Below, in pieces: positions 8,153 through 19,100 of a stretch of DNA of 64,000 nt. Each line of letters starts with the position of its first letter. Positions within the stretch are counted from its first letter, which is position 1. A program made the translations under genes and the position numbers. This stretch comes from an uncultured virus (IMG/VR IMGVR_UViG_3300027608_000027) (Duplodnaviria > Heunggongvirae > Uroviricota > Caudoviricetes): the IMG/VR virus record IMGVR_UViG_3300027608_000027. One strand, written 5' to 3'. Below the pieces are notes generated by a model, which was given only the letters and a program-made list of their open reading frames with translations, made no database searches and had not been told where the DNA came from.

Positions 8153-10633
8153 ATGGGATTTTTTGATGAAGTTAGAGGTGCAGCAACTACAGCATCTAGC
8201 CAAGTAACTAAAGTATTATCGGGAAATTCTGCAGTTACACAAGGCATTGCTAGTGCAACACAATCTGCGGAATCTTTGAAAAATGCTGCTCTTAGCGGAT
8301 TATCTAATGTGGGTACTAATATTGCAGGATTAGTCCCAGGTATTGCAAACTCCGCCACTTCCGCACTAGGCAGCATTGCAGCAGGACAGCCTACTCTTGA
8401 CGTAAAAGGTTACACTTCAGGGTTTAAAGCATCTGTTCCAGGAACGCCTCCGTTCCCTAATGTTTTAAATCAATATACTTCGTTTAACTATATGTTTACA
8501 TTAAGTGTACTTCCTTTAGAACACATTAATGATCCAAATTCAACTTACAGAAAAGGCGATTTAGGACCAATTATTATTAAGTCTGCCGGCGCCGCCCCAG
8601 AAAAAGATCTTGTATCAACTGCCTATGGCAAATATGATTTTTATGTTGAAAATTTAAAAATCAGCGGTATGGTAGGTTTAAACAAAGGCACAGGAAATTC
8701 TAATGCACTCAGCATGAGCTTTACAGTCATTGAACCTTATAGTATGGGACTGTTCTTCCAGGCTATGCAGACAGCAGCATTGCAGTCTGGGTACTTAAAT
8801 TATCTTGATGTGCCTGTATTGTTGACTATAGAGTTTAAAGGACACATTGATGCTAATTTGTTAAACCAACAAATTGACAACACTAAAAAAATGATTCCTT
8901 TAAAACTTAGAGAAATAGGAATGCGAGTCACAGGAAAAGGTTGTACGTATGATGTAGAAGCTTATCCATGGAATGAGCAGGCATTTTCATCTTCTTATTC
9001 TCAAACTAAAACAGACGTTAATATTAGTTGTAACAAAGGTGGTCCTTATACAGTACAAGAAATGTTACAAAAAGGACAGAAAAGTCTACAAAAAGTTCTT
9101 AATGATAGATTAGATGAAGAACGTAAAAAAGGAAATAAACAATTTTCTGATGAAGTAATAATTTTATTTCCTTCAGATCTTGCAACAGGTGATGCTGCTA
9201 CCAGTGCCGATGCAGCGCCTAATGAATCAGCAGATAAGCCTGCTACGGCTAAACCCGGAGACTCTGCATCATCTGGAATATTTAAAAAATTAGGAATTGG
9301 TCGAGGTGACAATACAACTTTAGTTCAATTAAATGCAGCCACTGTTAACAACATTGGCAAGTCTGGTATGGGCTTTAATCTTTATAATAAAGGTGATACT
9401 CCATTTGCTAAAGATAATCTTGCCTATGACGAAGCAACAGGAATTTATAAACGAGGCAACGTACAAATTGATCCAAACAATGCAGATTTTAAATTTCCAC
9501 AAGGATCTACAGTACAAGATATTATTAATCAAGTTATATTAATGAGTGACTATGGTCGCCAAGCATTAAACAAATCAAACTGGACTCCGCAAGGACAAGT
9601 AGTATGGTGGAGAGTTGAAACACAATATTTTATGAAATCTAGTCCCGAAGATAATAAAGTAGGACAAAAACCTAAATTAATTGTCTATAGAGTTGTACCT
9701 TATTTGGTAGATGCATCTGTTTTCATACCACCTAATGACAAGGCACCTGGTTTAGAAAACAAAAAGAAAGAAGCACTTAAAGAATACAATTACATTTATA
9801 CTGGTAAAAATATTGATGTACTAGATTTTCAAATTGATTTTAAAGCAGGCTTTTATAGAGCATTGAATGCAGATGGCGGTAAAGAATCAGAATCTAATCA
9901 AGGAATGTCAGCTGCTCAAGGAGCCGGCACAGTTAAACAAGAAGCACAAGATGGCAAAAATCCTTCAGGCAGTACTCCTAATACTCAAGAAACTCCTGTT
10001 ACTAATAAAACAGATAAAATAGGATCGGCTAGTCATAAAAATGGCGGAACTGGAGTCGATGATGCTGCTACTATTGCAGCTAGACAATTCCATGAACTAG
10101 CTACTCAAGGTACTGACATGATTAATTTAAACATGACAATACTTGGAGATCCTTATTATATTAGCGATAGTGGATTAGGTAACTATTCCGCAGGCGCAAC
10201 TGAAAAACAAAACATTAACACTGACGGTGCTATGGACTATCAAACAGGCGAAGTGTTAATTAGTGTTAACTTTAGAACACCAATAGATCTAAACACTAAA
10301 ACTGGCTTTTATAATTTTGGTGATACTAAACCTGTACAACAATTTAGCGGATTGTTTAGAGTACTTCAAGTTGAAAGTATTTTTAATCGAGGAAAGTTTA
10401 CTCAACAGCTAAGTTTAGTTAGAATAGTAGGACAAGACAATAAAAATGCTCCAGAAGGAGAACCGGCACTGCCAAAAGTAGCACAGCCAGATCAGCCAGA
10501 CGGAGAAGATGCAGGAGCAGATATTGCGGCAATAGAAGCATCAGCTGCTGAAGAATACCCAGACGGTGCACCCCAACTCTCAGATCAAGAAGTTGCAGCT
10601 AATAATGCAGCCCTTGGAGATTTTAACGGATAA
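8153..10633 (+). CDS. Baseplate hub protein (gp27/gpD-like)
   Basis: 826 aa between the gp53-like and gp5-like genes; C-terminal ILGDPYY and FSGLFRVLQVESIFNRGKFTQQLSLVR. Confidence 0.55.
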   Translation: MGFFDEVRGAATTASSQVTKVLSGNSAVTQGIASATQSAESLKNAALSGLSNVGTNIAGLVPGIANSATSALGSIAAGQPTLDVKGYTSGFKASVPGTPPFPNVLNQYTSFNYMFTLSVLPLEHINDPNSTYRKGDLGPIIIKSAGAAPEKDLVSTAYGKYDFYVENLKISGMVGLNKGTGNSNALSMSFTVIEPYSMGLFFQAMQTAALQSGYLNYLDVPVLLTIEFKGHIDANLLNQQIDNTKKMIPLKLREIGMRVTGKGCTYDVEAYPWNEQAFSSSYSQTKTDVNISCNKGGPYTVQEMLQKGQKSLQKVLNDRLDEERKKGNKQFSDEVIILFPSDLATGDAATSADAAPNESADKPATAKPGDSASSGIFKKLGIGRGDNTTLVQLNAATVNNIGKSGMGFNLYNKGDTPFAKDNLAYDEATGIYKRGNVQIDPNNADFKFPQGSTVQDIINQVILMSDYGRQALNKSNWTPQGQVVWWRVETQYFMKSSPEDNKVGQKPKLIVYRVVPYLVDASVFIPPNDKAPGLENKKKEALKEYNYIYTGKNIDVLDFQIDFKAGFYRALNADGGKESESNQGMSAAQGAGTVKQEAQDGKNPSGSTPNTQETPVTNKTDKIGSASHKNGGTGVDDAATIAARQFHELATQGTDMINLNMTILGDPYYISDSGLGNYSAGATEKQNINTDGAMDYQTGEVLISVNFRTPIDLNTKTGFYNFGDTKPVQQFSGLFRVLQVESIFNRGKFTQQLSLVRIVGQDNKNAPEGEPALPKVAQPDQPDGEDAGADIAAIEASAAEEYPDGAPQLSDQEVAANNAALGDFNG

Positions 10634-10635
10634 TT

Positions 10636-12216
10636 ATGGCAGAAGAAACTAGACTAGGGCAAAACGAAAGTCCTCAAGACCCCGGCCCGTTTTTAGCAAA
10701 AGTGGTCAGCCACCTTGACCCTAATTATATGGGCGCCTTAGAAGTACAATTGTTACACGAGGTAGGAAATGACGAAGATAGAGAAGGACAGCTTAGAACT
10801 GTTAAGTATCTAAGTCCTTTTTATGGTGTGTCAAACAGTGCGTATCTTGGCGAAGATCCTGACGACTACGACAACACACAGAAGTCCTATGGTATGTGGA
10901 TGGTGCCTCCTGACATTGGCACTATTGTAATGGTAATTTTTGTCGGAGGAGATGTACGTAAGGGCTACTGGATGGGCTGTGTGATTGAAGAAAATATGAA
11001 TTTTTCTTTACCAGGACACGCTTCTACAAAATATGTAGTTGATGATACTAAAGAAACTGACGCCAAATACGAACGTGTGCCAACGGGAGAATATAATAAA
11101 ATTATTCATCCAGTTACAGAAGATCCTACAAAAATTGTCAAACCTGAAAGCCCGTTAGCAACAAAATTAGAAACTCAAGGATTACTAAAAGATGATATTA
11201 GAGGCATAACATCATCTTCTGCTCGCAGAGAAATTCCTAGTTCTGTTTTTGGTATTTCAACACCTGGGCCTGTAGATAAAACAGGTAAGCAGGGTAAAGT
11301 AGGAAAACACGAATACAAAATTCCAAATGCATTTGTCAGTCGGTTAGGTGGTAGTAGCTTTGTTATGGATGACGGAGACGACAAGTGGGAAAGAAAAACC
11401 CCTGCATCTGATGGACCACCTGAGTACGTTTCGGTAGAAGGTGGCACGACTGCTGAACGAGATATCCCGCATAATGAATTAATTAGATTGCGTACCCGTA
11501 CTGGTCATCAAATTTTATTACATAACAGTGAAGATTTAATCTACATTGGCAATAGTAAGGGAACTACTTGGATAGAGCTGACTAGTGATGGTAAAATAGA
11601 TATTTTTGCCAATGACAGCATCAATATTAGAACTAAAAAAGATTTTAATTTTTATGCAGACAGAGATATTAATATTGAAGCAAAGCGTAATGTTAATATT
11701 AAAGCCGGTGAAGAGATGCAGTTAGAAACCGGTTTAGACTGGAATGTAATAGTAGGAAAAAACGGCAAAATATCGTTGTCAACAGACTTTGATGTTAACG
11801 CTGGCGGACATATCTATAATACATCTAGCGGAGCTAACCATACTAAAGCAGGCGGAAATATTGTAGAAACTGCGCCTGCTATTCATATGAATGGACCAGC
11901 AGCAGCTACAGCACCTAAAGCACAAGTTTTAAAAACACACAATCTACCAGATGTTGCTAGCCCTGGTGCAGACCTAACTGAAATGGTATCAATTTTAAGA
12001 CGTGTACCTACAGCAGAACCGTATCCGCAGCATGAAAATTTAGACCCGTTGAAAGTTAAACCTGATATAACTGATAGAGACGCTGAAGGAAGACACACTT
12101 CGTCAACTACTACGATGAGTTTTGCTGGAACACGATGGAAAGAGTATACTACAGAGACTGATACATTTGAAAAAATAAAAGGACCTGAAGAGCAGGATGC
12201 AGACCCTTACATTTAA
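10636..12216 (+). CDS. Baseplate central spike, gp5/VgrG-like (OB-fold plus beta-helix, no lysozyme domain seen)
   Basis: GPFLAKVV..LDP...G.L.V, SYGMWMVPPDIGTIVMVIF...GYW (gp5 OB domain); RTRTGHQILLHNSEDLIYI and beta-helix-like repeats. Confidence 0.8.
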   Translation: MAEETRLGQNESPQDPGPFLAKVVSHLDPNYMGALEVQLLHEVGNDEDREGQLRTVKYLSPFYGVSNSAYLGEDPDDYDNTQKSYGMWMVPPDIGTIVMVIFVGGDVRKGYWMGCVIEENMNFSLPGHASTKYVVDDTKETDAKYERVPTGEYNKIIHPVTEDPTKIVKPESPLATKLETQGLLKDDIRGITSSSARREIPSSVFGISTPGPVDKTGKQGKVGKHEYKIPNAFVSRLGGSSFVMDDGDDKWERKTPASDGPPEYVSVEGGTTAERDIPHNELIRLRTRTGHQILLHNSEDLIYIGNSKGTTWIELTSDGKIDIFANDSINIRTKKDFNFYADRDINIEAKRNVNIKAGEEMQLETGLDWNVIVGKNGKISLSTDFDVNAGGHIYNTSSGANHTKAGGNIVETAPAIHMNGPAAATAPKAQVLKTHNLPDVASPGADLTEMVSILRRVPTAEPYPQHENLDPLKVKPDITDRDAEGRHTSSTTTMSFAGTRWKEYTTETDTFEKIKGPEEQDADPYI

Positions 12217-12220
12217 CGGG

Positions 12221-12226
12221 TAAATA
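12221..12226 (+). promoter_or_regulatory. Putative late promoter TAAATA, 5 nt before the gp25 ATG
   Basis: GGGTAAATAcaactATG; no Shine-Dalgarno in between. Confidence 0.6.
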
Positions 12227-12231
12227 CAACT

Positions 12232-12678
12232 ATGACAGCTAGCCAAAGATTATATGATAAGATTGTTTTAAAAAGTGCAAACACTTCTGAATCAATTCCG
12301 GGTACTAGAACTTATAAAGGTTTTAGCACAGTTGCGTCTACGTCTAACAGTTTTGCGCTCTACGATTTAGAACTGATTAAACAAGATTTGTTAAATCACT
12401 TTCATATACGACTAGGCGAAAGACTAGAGCAACCAGAGTTTGGAACTATTATATGGGACATATTGTTTGATCCGTTAACCGACGAACTACGATCAGTTAT
12501 TACAAAAAATGTAGAAACAATTGTAAATTATGATCCTAGAATACGTGCTGATCAAGTTATTGTAACCAGTTACGAAAGCGGTATACAAATAGAATGTACC
12601 TTGGTATACTATCCCTACAACATTCAAGAATCAATTCAATTAAGATTTGATCAAGACAACGGTTTACTGCTAGTTTAA
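12232..12678 (+). CDS. Baseplate wedge subunit gp25-like
   Basis: LIKQDLLNHFHIRLGERLEQPEFGTIIWDILFDPL...DPRI: GPW/gp25 family pattern. Confidence 0.9.
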   Translation: MTASQRLYDKIVLKSANTSESIPGTRTYKGFSTVASTSNSFALYDLELIKQDLLNHFHIRLGERLEQPEFGTIIWDILFDPLTDELRSVITKNVETIVNYDPRIRADQVIVTSYESGIQIECTLVYYPYNIQESIQLRFDQDNGLLLV

Positions 12679-12731
12679 TAAACTACCCACATAATTTTAA
12701 TCGATAAATACCTTATAAATGGGAATAAGGT

Positions 12732-15700
12732 ATGTCAGCAACCGACAGACAAAATAGATTATTAGTAGCAGAAGACTGGAAACGAGTCTATCAAAGTTTC
12801 CGAAATGCAGACTTCCAAAGCTACGACTTTGAAAATTTACGTAGAGTAATGATCAATTATATCAGGGAAAATTATCCTGAAGATTTTAATGACTACATTG
12901 AATCTAGCGAATACCTTGCTCTTATTGATCTTATTGCTTTTCTTGGACAAAGTATTAGTTTCCGCATTGATTTAAATGCAAGAGATAACTTTTTAGAACT
13001 AGCAGAGCGTAGAGAAAGCATATTACGACTGGCAAGACTATTAAGTTACAATGCAAAGCGTAATGTTGCAGCATCTGGTTTATTAAAATTTACCACAGTT
13101 AGTACCACTCAAACAGTTTACGATTCTAACGGACGAAACTTATCAGGCCAGGTAGTTACATGGAATGATCCAGCAAATACCAACTGGTACGATCAATTTG
13201 TAAAAATTCTTAATTCAGCATTGCCCGCAACTAGACAGTTCGGTAATCCTGACGACAAAAATGAAATTTTTGGAATTCCTACAGAACAATATAGATTCCA
13301 AAGCAGTAACACTGATGTTCCAATTTACAGTTTTTCTAAAACAGTAGACGGAAAAAATTTACCTTTTGAAATTGTTTCTACAGTGTTTAAAGGTGCCGAC
13401 GAGATATATGAAGAAGCACCATCAATTGGTAATCGACTGGCGTTCCTATATAGAAATGACGGTCGAGGTAACGGCAGCACTAACACTGGTTTCTTTATAC
13501 ATTTTAGACAAGGTATATTAAATCAAGGAACATTTTCTATTACACAACCATCAACTAATGAAACAGTTGATATTGATGCAACCAACATTAATAACTCAGA
13601 TGTGTGGTTATATAGACTTGATCAGAACGGATTAGAGTCAGAATATTGGGCTCCTATTTCTTCCTTAGAGGGAAATAATACAATTTACAATAGCCTTAAC
13701 AAGTCGATAAGAAACATCTATAGTGTTATCACTCGTGCTGGCGATAGAGTAACTTTATCTTTCAGCGACGGAACTTTTGGTAACTTACCGTTAGGCACAT
13801 TTAGATCATATTATCGTGTGAGTAACGGAACAAGTTATATTGTTAATCCTAAAGACATTAAAAATGTTTCTATAGAAATCCCATATGTTTCTAATTTAAA
13901 TCAGTTAGAAACATTATCTGTTACTCTTAGTTTACAATCTTCAGTTAGTAATTCTGTTGAAGCTGAATCAAACGCAAACATTAAATCTAGAGCACCGGCA
14001 ACCTATTATACACAAAATCGTATGATCACGGGCGAAGACTATAATATTAGTCCATTAAGTGTCAGCCAAGAAGTTGTAAAAGTTAAAGCAGTTAATCGAT
14101 CAGCTAGCGGCATTAGTCGGTACTTTGATCTTGTAGACCCAACTGGCAAGTACAGTAAAACTAATCTCTTTGCAGACGACGGCGTGTTGTATAGAGAAGA
14201 ATTTACTGATAGTTTTAGATTTAGTTACACAACAAGAACAGATATTGAAGCAATGATCTATAATCAACTTACTGAGTATTTAAAAAGTACATCATTAAGA
14301 GATTACTATTACACTAAATTTATTGCTATTGCTACGGATTCTTTGAATGTGTCTTTTTACAATAAAACAACTGATATAAATCAATGCACAGGCTACATTG
14401 GCGGTACAACTCCTGATCCGTCTACTCCGTATAAAGTTGGAACTTTTTCAACTACACTTTTAAGATTTGTCACCAGTGGTGCCCTAGTTAAATTTGTTAC
14501 ACCTACTGGAAAATATTTTGATAAAAGCAATAACAATGTACTTACAACTGGTGACGGTACTGCAAAAAATGCTAGTCGATATATTTGGACTAAGGTAATT
14601 TCAGTAGCCGGAGACGGTACTAACAACGGTACCGGAGTATTAATTGACGGGTCTGGGACTATCATTTTTAATGACATAGTTCCTAGCGGAGCATTGCTTG
14701 CTGAAATAATCCCAGCATGGAGAACAACATTCGATACTAATACAGTATCGACAATGATCGATCTAATGTTCGCTAATAAACCGTTTGGCCTTCGTTACGA
14801 TGTTGAAGATCGTAATTGGAAAATTATTTTTGAGGTTAACCTTAATACTTCTTCTGATTTTAGTTTAGGCAAGCAAGGCGACAATTCTAATCAACAATTA
14901 GATTCTAGTTGGCTAGTATTGTTTACAACAGATACTGAATATTATACTGTTCAGTTTAGATTGTTACGTTATATATTTGAAAGCGATACGCAAGTACGAT
15001 TCTTCTTTGATGCTAGCGATAAAATTTATGATACTAGAACTAATACTGTAGAAAAAGACAAGATAAAAGTCTTAAGTATTAATCCAGTACCCGACGATAC
15101 TATCCCATTTACCTATGATAGAGATTGGGAAATTACCGAAGAATACACTGGATTAGATGGATATGTAGATACTAAAAAAATTCAAATATCATTTAGTGAT
15201 ACAGACGACGATAGTGTTGTAGATAATCCTGATATTTTCTTAGAAATAGTTGCGCCGTTAACTAACCCTACTTCAAAATATGTTGTTCAAGAATTGTATA
15301 TTATTGAACAACAACAAGAAGATTATCGTTGGATAGATAATTCAACAGATACTGTTATAATATTATCCACACAGCCAGTTACTGGCGTTAACGGACAATA
15401 TTATTATTTTATTGACACAGATGTTGTTAAAGTTTACAGCTCAACAACTGGAACTTTTACACCGTCTTTAAATTATAAAGTATATGTTGGAAGATCAAAT
15501 TTAAAGTTTCAGTACATTCACAATGCCGATTACGAATCTAGAATTGATCCAGGATTAACTAATCTAGTTGATATCTTTGTATTAACCAAACAATATGATA
15601 GACAATACAGAGAATGGTTAAACGGATCTAGAGCAGTGCAACCTTTACCACCTAGTAGTGATGCATTATACAACTTATTGTCACCTGATCTTAACAAGAT

Positions 15701-16172
15701 CAAATCAATAAGTGATGAAATTGTTTATCACCCGGCAAAGTATAAAGTATTATTTGGACCAACATCTACTATTGATGTACAAGCTACTTTTAAAGTAGTA
15801 AAAAATTCAGAAATTGTTATCAGTGATAATGATGTTAAGTCAAGAGTATTATCTGCAATAAGTGAATTTTTTAGCATTGAAAATTGGGAGTTTGGGGATA
15901 ATTTTTATTTTAGTGAATTATTAACTTATGTAATGAATAGAATTGCTCCGAACATAGTTAACTTCTTAGTAGTACCTAAAAAGAGCGATCTAACATTTGG
16001 TAGTTTATACGAGATTAGGTCTGAAAAAGATCAGATTTTTATAAATGGCGCAACAATAGATGACATTGAAATTATTAGTGCAGTAACGGCAAGTAAATTA
16101 AAATCATCCGGTAATATTACTATTGCAGAAACAACAACAAGTCAACAAAGTATAACAAGTGGAAGTAACTGA
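12732..16172 (+). CDS. Baseplate wedge subunit gp6-like
   Basis: DFQSYDFENLR...EDFNDYIESSE..ALIDLIAF...FLELAERRESILRLARLLSY; FSDGTFG; QNRMITGEDY. TAAATA at 12705-12710. Confidence 0.85.
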   Translation: MSATDRQNRLLVAEDWKRVYQSFRNADFQSYDFENLRRVMINYIRENYPEDFNDYIESSEYLALIDLIAFLGQSISFRIDLNARDNFLELAERRESILRLARLLSYNAKRNVAASGLLKFTTVSTTQTVYDSNGRNLSGQVVTWNDPANTNWYDQFVKILNSALPATRQFGNPDDKNEIFGIPTEQYRFQSSNTDVPIYSFSKTVDGKNLPFEIVSTVFKGADEIYEEAPSIGNRLAFLYRNDGRGNGSTNTGFFIHFRQGILNQGTFSITQPSTNETVDIDATNINNSDVWLYRLDQNGLESEYWAPISSLEGNNTIYNSLNKSIRNIYSVITRAGDRVTLSFSDGTFGNLPLGTFRSYYRVSNGTSYIVNPKDIKNVSIEIPYVSNLNQLETLSVTLSLQSSVSNSVEAESNANIKSRAPATYYTQNRMITGEDYNISPLSVSQEVVKVKAVNRSASGISRYFDLVDPTGKYSKTNLFADDGVLYREEFTDSFRFSYTTRTDIEAMIYNQLTEYLKSTSLRDYYYTKFIAIATDSLNVSFYNKTTDINQCTGYIGGTTPDPSTPYKVGTFSTTLLRFVTSGALVKFVTPTGKYFDKSNNNVLTTGDGTAKNASRYIWTKVISVAGDGTNNGTGVLIDGSGTIIFNDIVPSGALLAEIIPAWRTTFDTNTVSTMIDLMFANKPFGLRYDVEDRNWKIIFEVNLNTSSDFSLGKQGDNSNQQLDSSWLVLFTTDTEYYTVQFRLLRYIFESDTQVRFFFDASDKIYDTRTNTVEKDKIKVLSINPVPDDTIPFTYDRDWEITEEYTGLDGYVDTKKIQISFSDTDDDSVVDNPDIFLEIVAPLTNPTSKYVVQELYIIEQQQEDYRWIDNSTDTVIILSTQPVTGVNGQYYYFIDTDVVKVYSSTTGTFTPSLNYKVYVGRSNLKFQYIHNADYESRIDPGLTNLVDIFVLTKQYDRQYREWLNGSRAVQPLPPSSDALYNLLSPDLNKIKSISDEIVYHPAKYKVLFGPTSTIDVQATFKVVKNSEIVISDNDVKSRVLSAISEFFSIENWEFGDNFYFSELLTYVMNRIAPNIVNFLVVPKKSDLTFGSLYEIRSEKDQIFINGATIDDIEIISAVTASKLKSSGNITIAETTTSQQSITSGSN

Positions 16173-19100
16173 TGGCAACTAACAATCAATCTGAATCAGC
16201 ATTACCCGTTCCTGGTAACAACAATTCTAGGAAAACTTCGGATCTGTTACCTAGATTCTATAAAACAGACAGCAATAAGAAATTCTTTTCTGCTACATTA
16301 GATCAGTTAGTTCAACCTGGTACAGTAAAAAAAGTAAGTGGATATATTGGCAGACAAAATGCTAAGTCAGTAGTTGCTTCTGATGTTTTTATTCGAGCAT
16401 CAGACACTACACGACAAAACTATCAATTAGAACCTGCAGCAGTAATTCAAGATTACTTAGGTAACGTTAACTTTTTTAAAGACTACATTGATCACATTAA
16501 TCACGTAAAAGTATTTGGCGGAAATGTTGACAACCACGAACGATTAAACAAACAAGAATTTTATGCGTGGAACCCAAATATTGACTGGGATAAGTTTGTT
16601 AACTTTCAGCAGTACTATTGGTTACCGTACGGCCCAACACCTATTGAAGTTGCAGGACAGCAACTAGCAATTGAAAGTACATTTACTGTTGTTGCAGAAG
16701 ATAACGGTGACAACTATGCTTATCTTTTTACTCCCGACGGCCTAACTAGAAATCCTACAATTACATTGTTTAGAGGTCAAACTTATAAATTTGACATAGA
16801 TGCGTTACACAATCCGTTTGCTATTAAAACACAACGAGTTGCAGGAACACTTGACAGATTTACCGAAGGTGTAACTGGCAACGGGACTGAACAAGGAACA
16901 CTTACTTTTGTAGTAGGTATAGACACTCCTGATGTACTGTATTATGTAAATGAAGCAGATGCTAATACAGGCGGAACGTTTCAGATTAAAGATATTGATG
17001 AAAACACTTTCCTTAATGTAGGCGCTGATATATTAGGTAAAAAATCCTATACATTGTCTACAGGAACAGCATTGTCTAATGGAATGAAACTATTTTTCTC
17101 AGGTAATGTATCTCCAGAAATTTACAGTAGCGGCTATTGGTATGTTGAAGGTGTAGGTACTACAATTAAACTAGTATCAGAAGTTGATTTAGAAATTAGT
17201 GGAACATACACTGAAGAAACTGCATTGTTATTTGATGATAACCCGTTTGACCTAGATCCATTTAGTACTATTACAAATACTCCTAAAGAAAAAGATTATA
17301 TTGTAATCAACAGATCTAGCCCGGATCGAAATCCGTGGTCAAGATACAATAGATGGTTTCATAAAGATGTTATTACTGCGTCAGCGGAATCTGCTGGACA
17401 GTTTCCGGAGTTTGATCAAACTGCAAGAGCTAACAGACCTATTATTGAATTTAGTGCTGGATTAAAACTTTATAATTTTGGTCATCAAGCAAAGAAAAAT
17501 GTTGATCTAATAGATAATTTTACCACTGATGTATTTTCTACAATAGAAGGCAGTCTTGGTTATAATATTGACGGAGTTGATGTTGTTAACAACATGCGTA
17601 TCCTGTTTACCGCAGACCCTGACAGACTAGTTAATGGTCGAATTTTTAAAGTTAATTTTATAGAAGTAACAGTCCCTAATAGACAGTTTAATTTTAATGC
17701 AGTTACTGGTATAAATTTAACTACAAAAGTTATTACTACTAGTACTGTACACGGTTTAACAACAGGTAATCAGGTTATATATTTAAACAATGGCGAATTG
17801 AATATTAACGGATTAACTCATAGAAAAGTTTATTATGTTCGAGTTGTTAACGATACAGATATACAATTATACACTAATAAACTGTTATCTGTTGAAGCAA
17901 ATATTTTCGACGTTGGCATTGGAACACACAGCTTTGAAGTGTTTACTGGCCTGCGTCGCCAGATTAATCTAGTTGAAGAAGCTGATTCTGCCCCATTAGA
18001 AAACGAAACAATATTAGTAAATCTTGGACAAGTTGAAGAACTTATTCCTAACTCTTTGTACGGCAATAGGGGAATGATGTACTGGTATAACGGTACTAAA
18101 TGGAAACTTGGACCTATTAAATCTACTGTTAACCAGCAACCGTTATTTGATATATTTGACCCTAACGGTTATAGTTATAGTGACACTACAATTTATGACG
18201 GATCCAGTTTTAGAGGAACTAAAGTTTTTTCTTACAAAGTAGGTACAGGCACGAATGATGCAGTATTAGGATTCCCGCTATCTTATCAAAATATTAATAA
18301 TGTTGGCGATATACAATTTGAATTTAATTTACTTAAAGATAGCTTTACCTACAAAGATGTTGCTGACGTATTGTCTAAAACAACTAGTGTTGGATATTTA
18401 AAATTAATTAATGCTCTTACAACTTACAGCTACGAGAACGGATGGAAAACATCTCTGATAGATAATATACAACCTGTAGTAAGAATATTTAAAGAAGAAT
18501 ATCGAACGCTATTTGATGGATCTAAAAATCTTATTGTAAATAATTTTCCAGTAGATGTTTTTGATTTTAAAGATCAATTAACAGATTTAGAAATAAAGGT
18601 CTATGTTAATGGTCGCAGACAAAACAAAGACTCATTTACAGTTATCAACGGCCCAACTTATAAGACTGTAGTGTTAACTACAGATGTAACTAATGCCGAT
18701 GTAGTTACTTTAAAATGTTATGCTAAACAGTTAAAGAATGATAAGGGATATTATGAAACACCTATTAGTTTACAAAACAATCCTTTAAACAATGATGTTA
18801 CACAGTTTACACTAGGTGAAGTCATTGATCACGTAGATACGATTGTAGATAATATAACAACCTTTTCTGGAACATATCCAGGCGACGGAAACTTGCGAGA
18901 CATTGGAAATTTAACTCCGTACGGTGCCCGATTTGTCCAGCATAGTGCTCCACTAAACTTTAGCTTATATCATCTTGGATCTCAAACATCTAATATGTTT
19001 AAGAGTTTAGAACAAGCTAGAGATGATTACGGCAAATTCAAACGAGCATTTATTACCTATGCATCTAATGCAGGAATTGACACTGATCCAAGACCGTTTG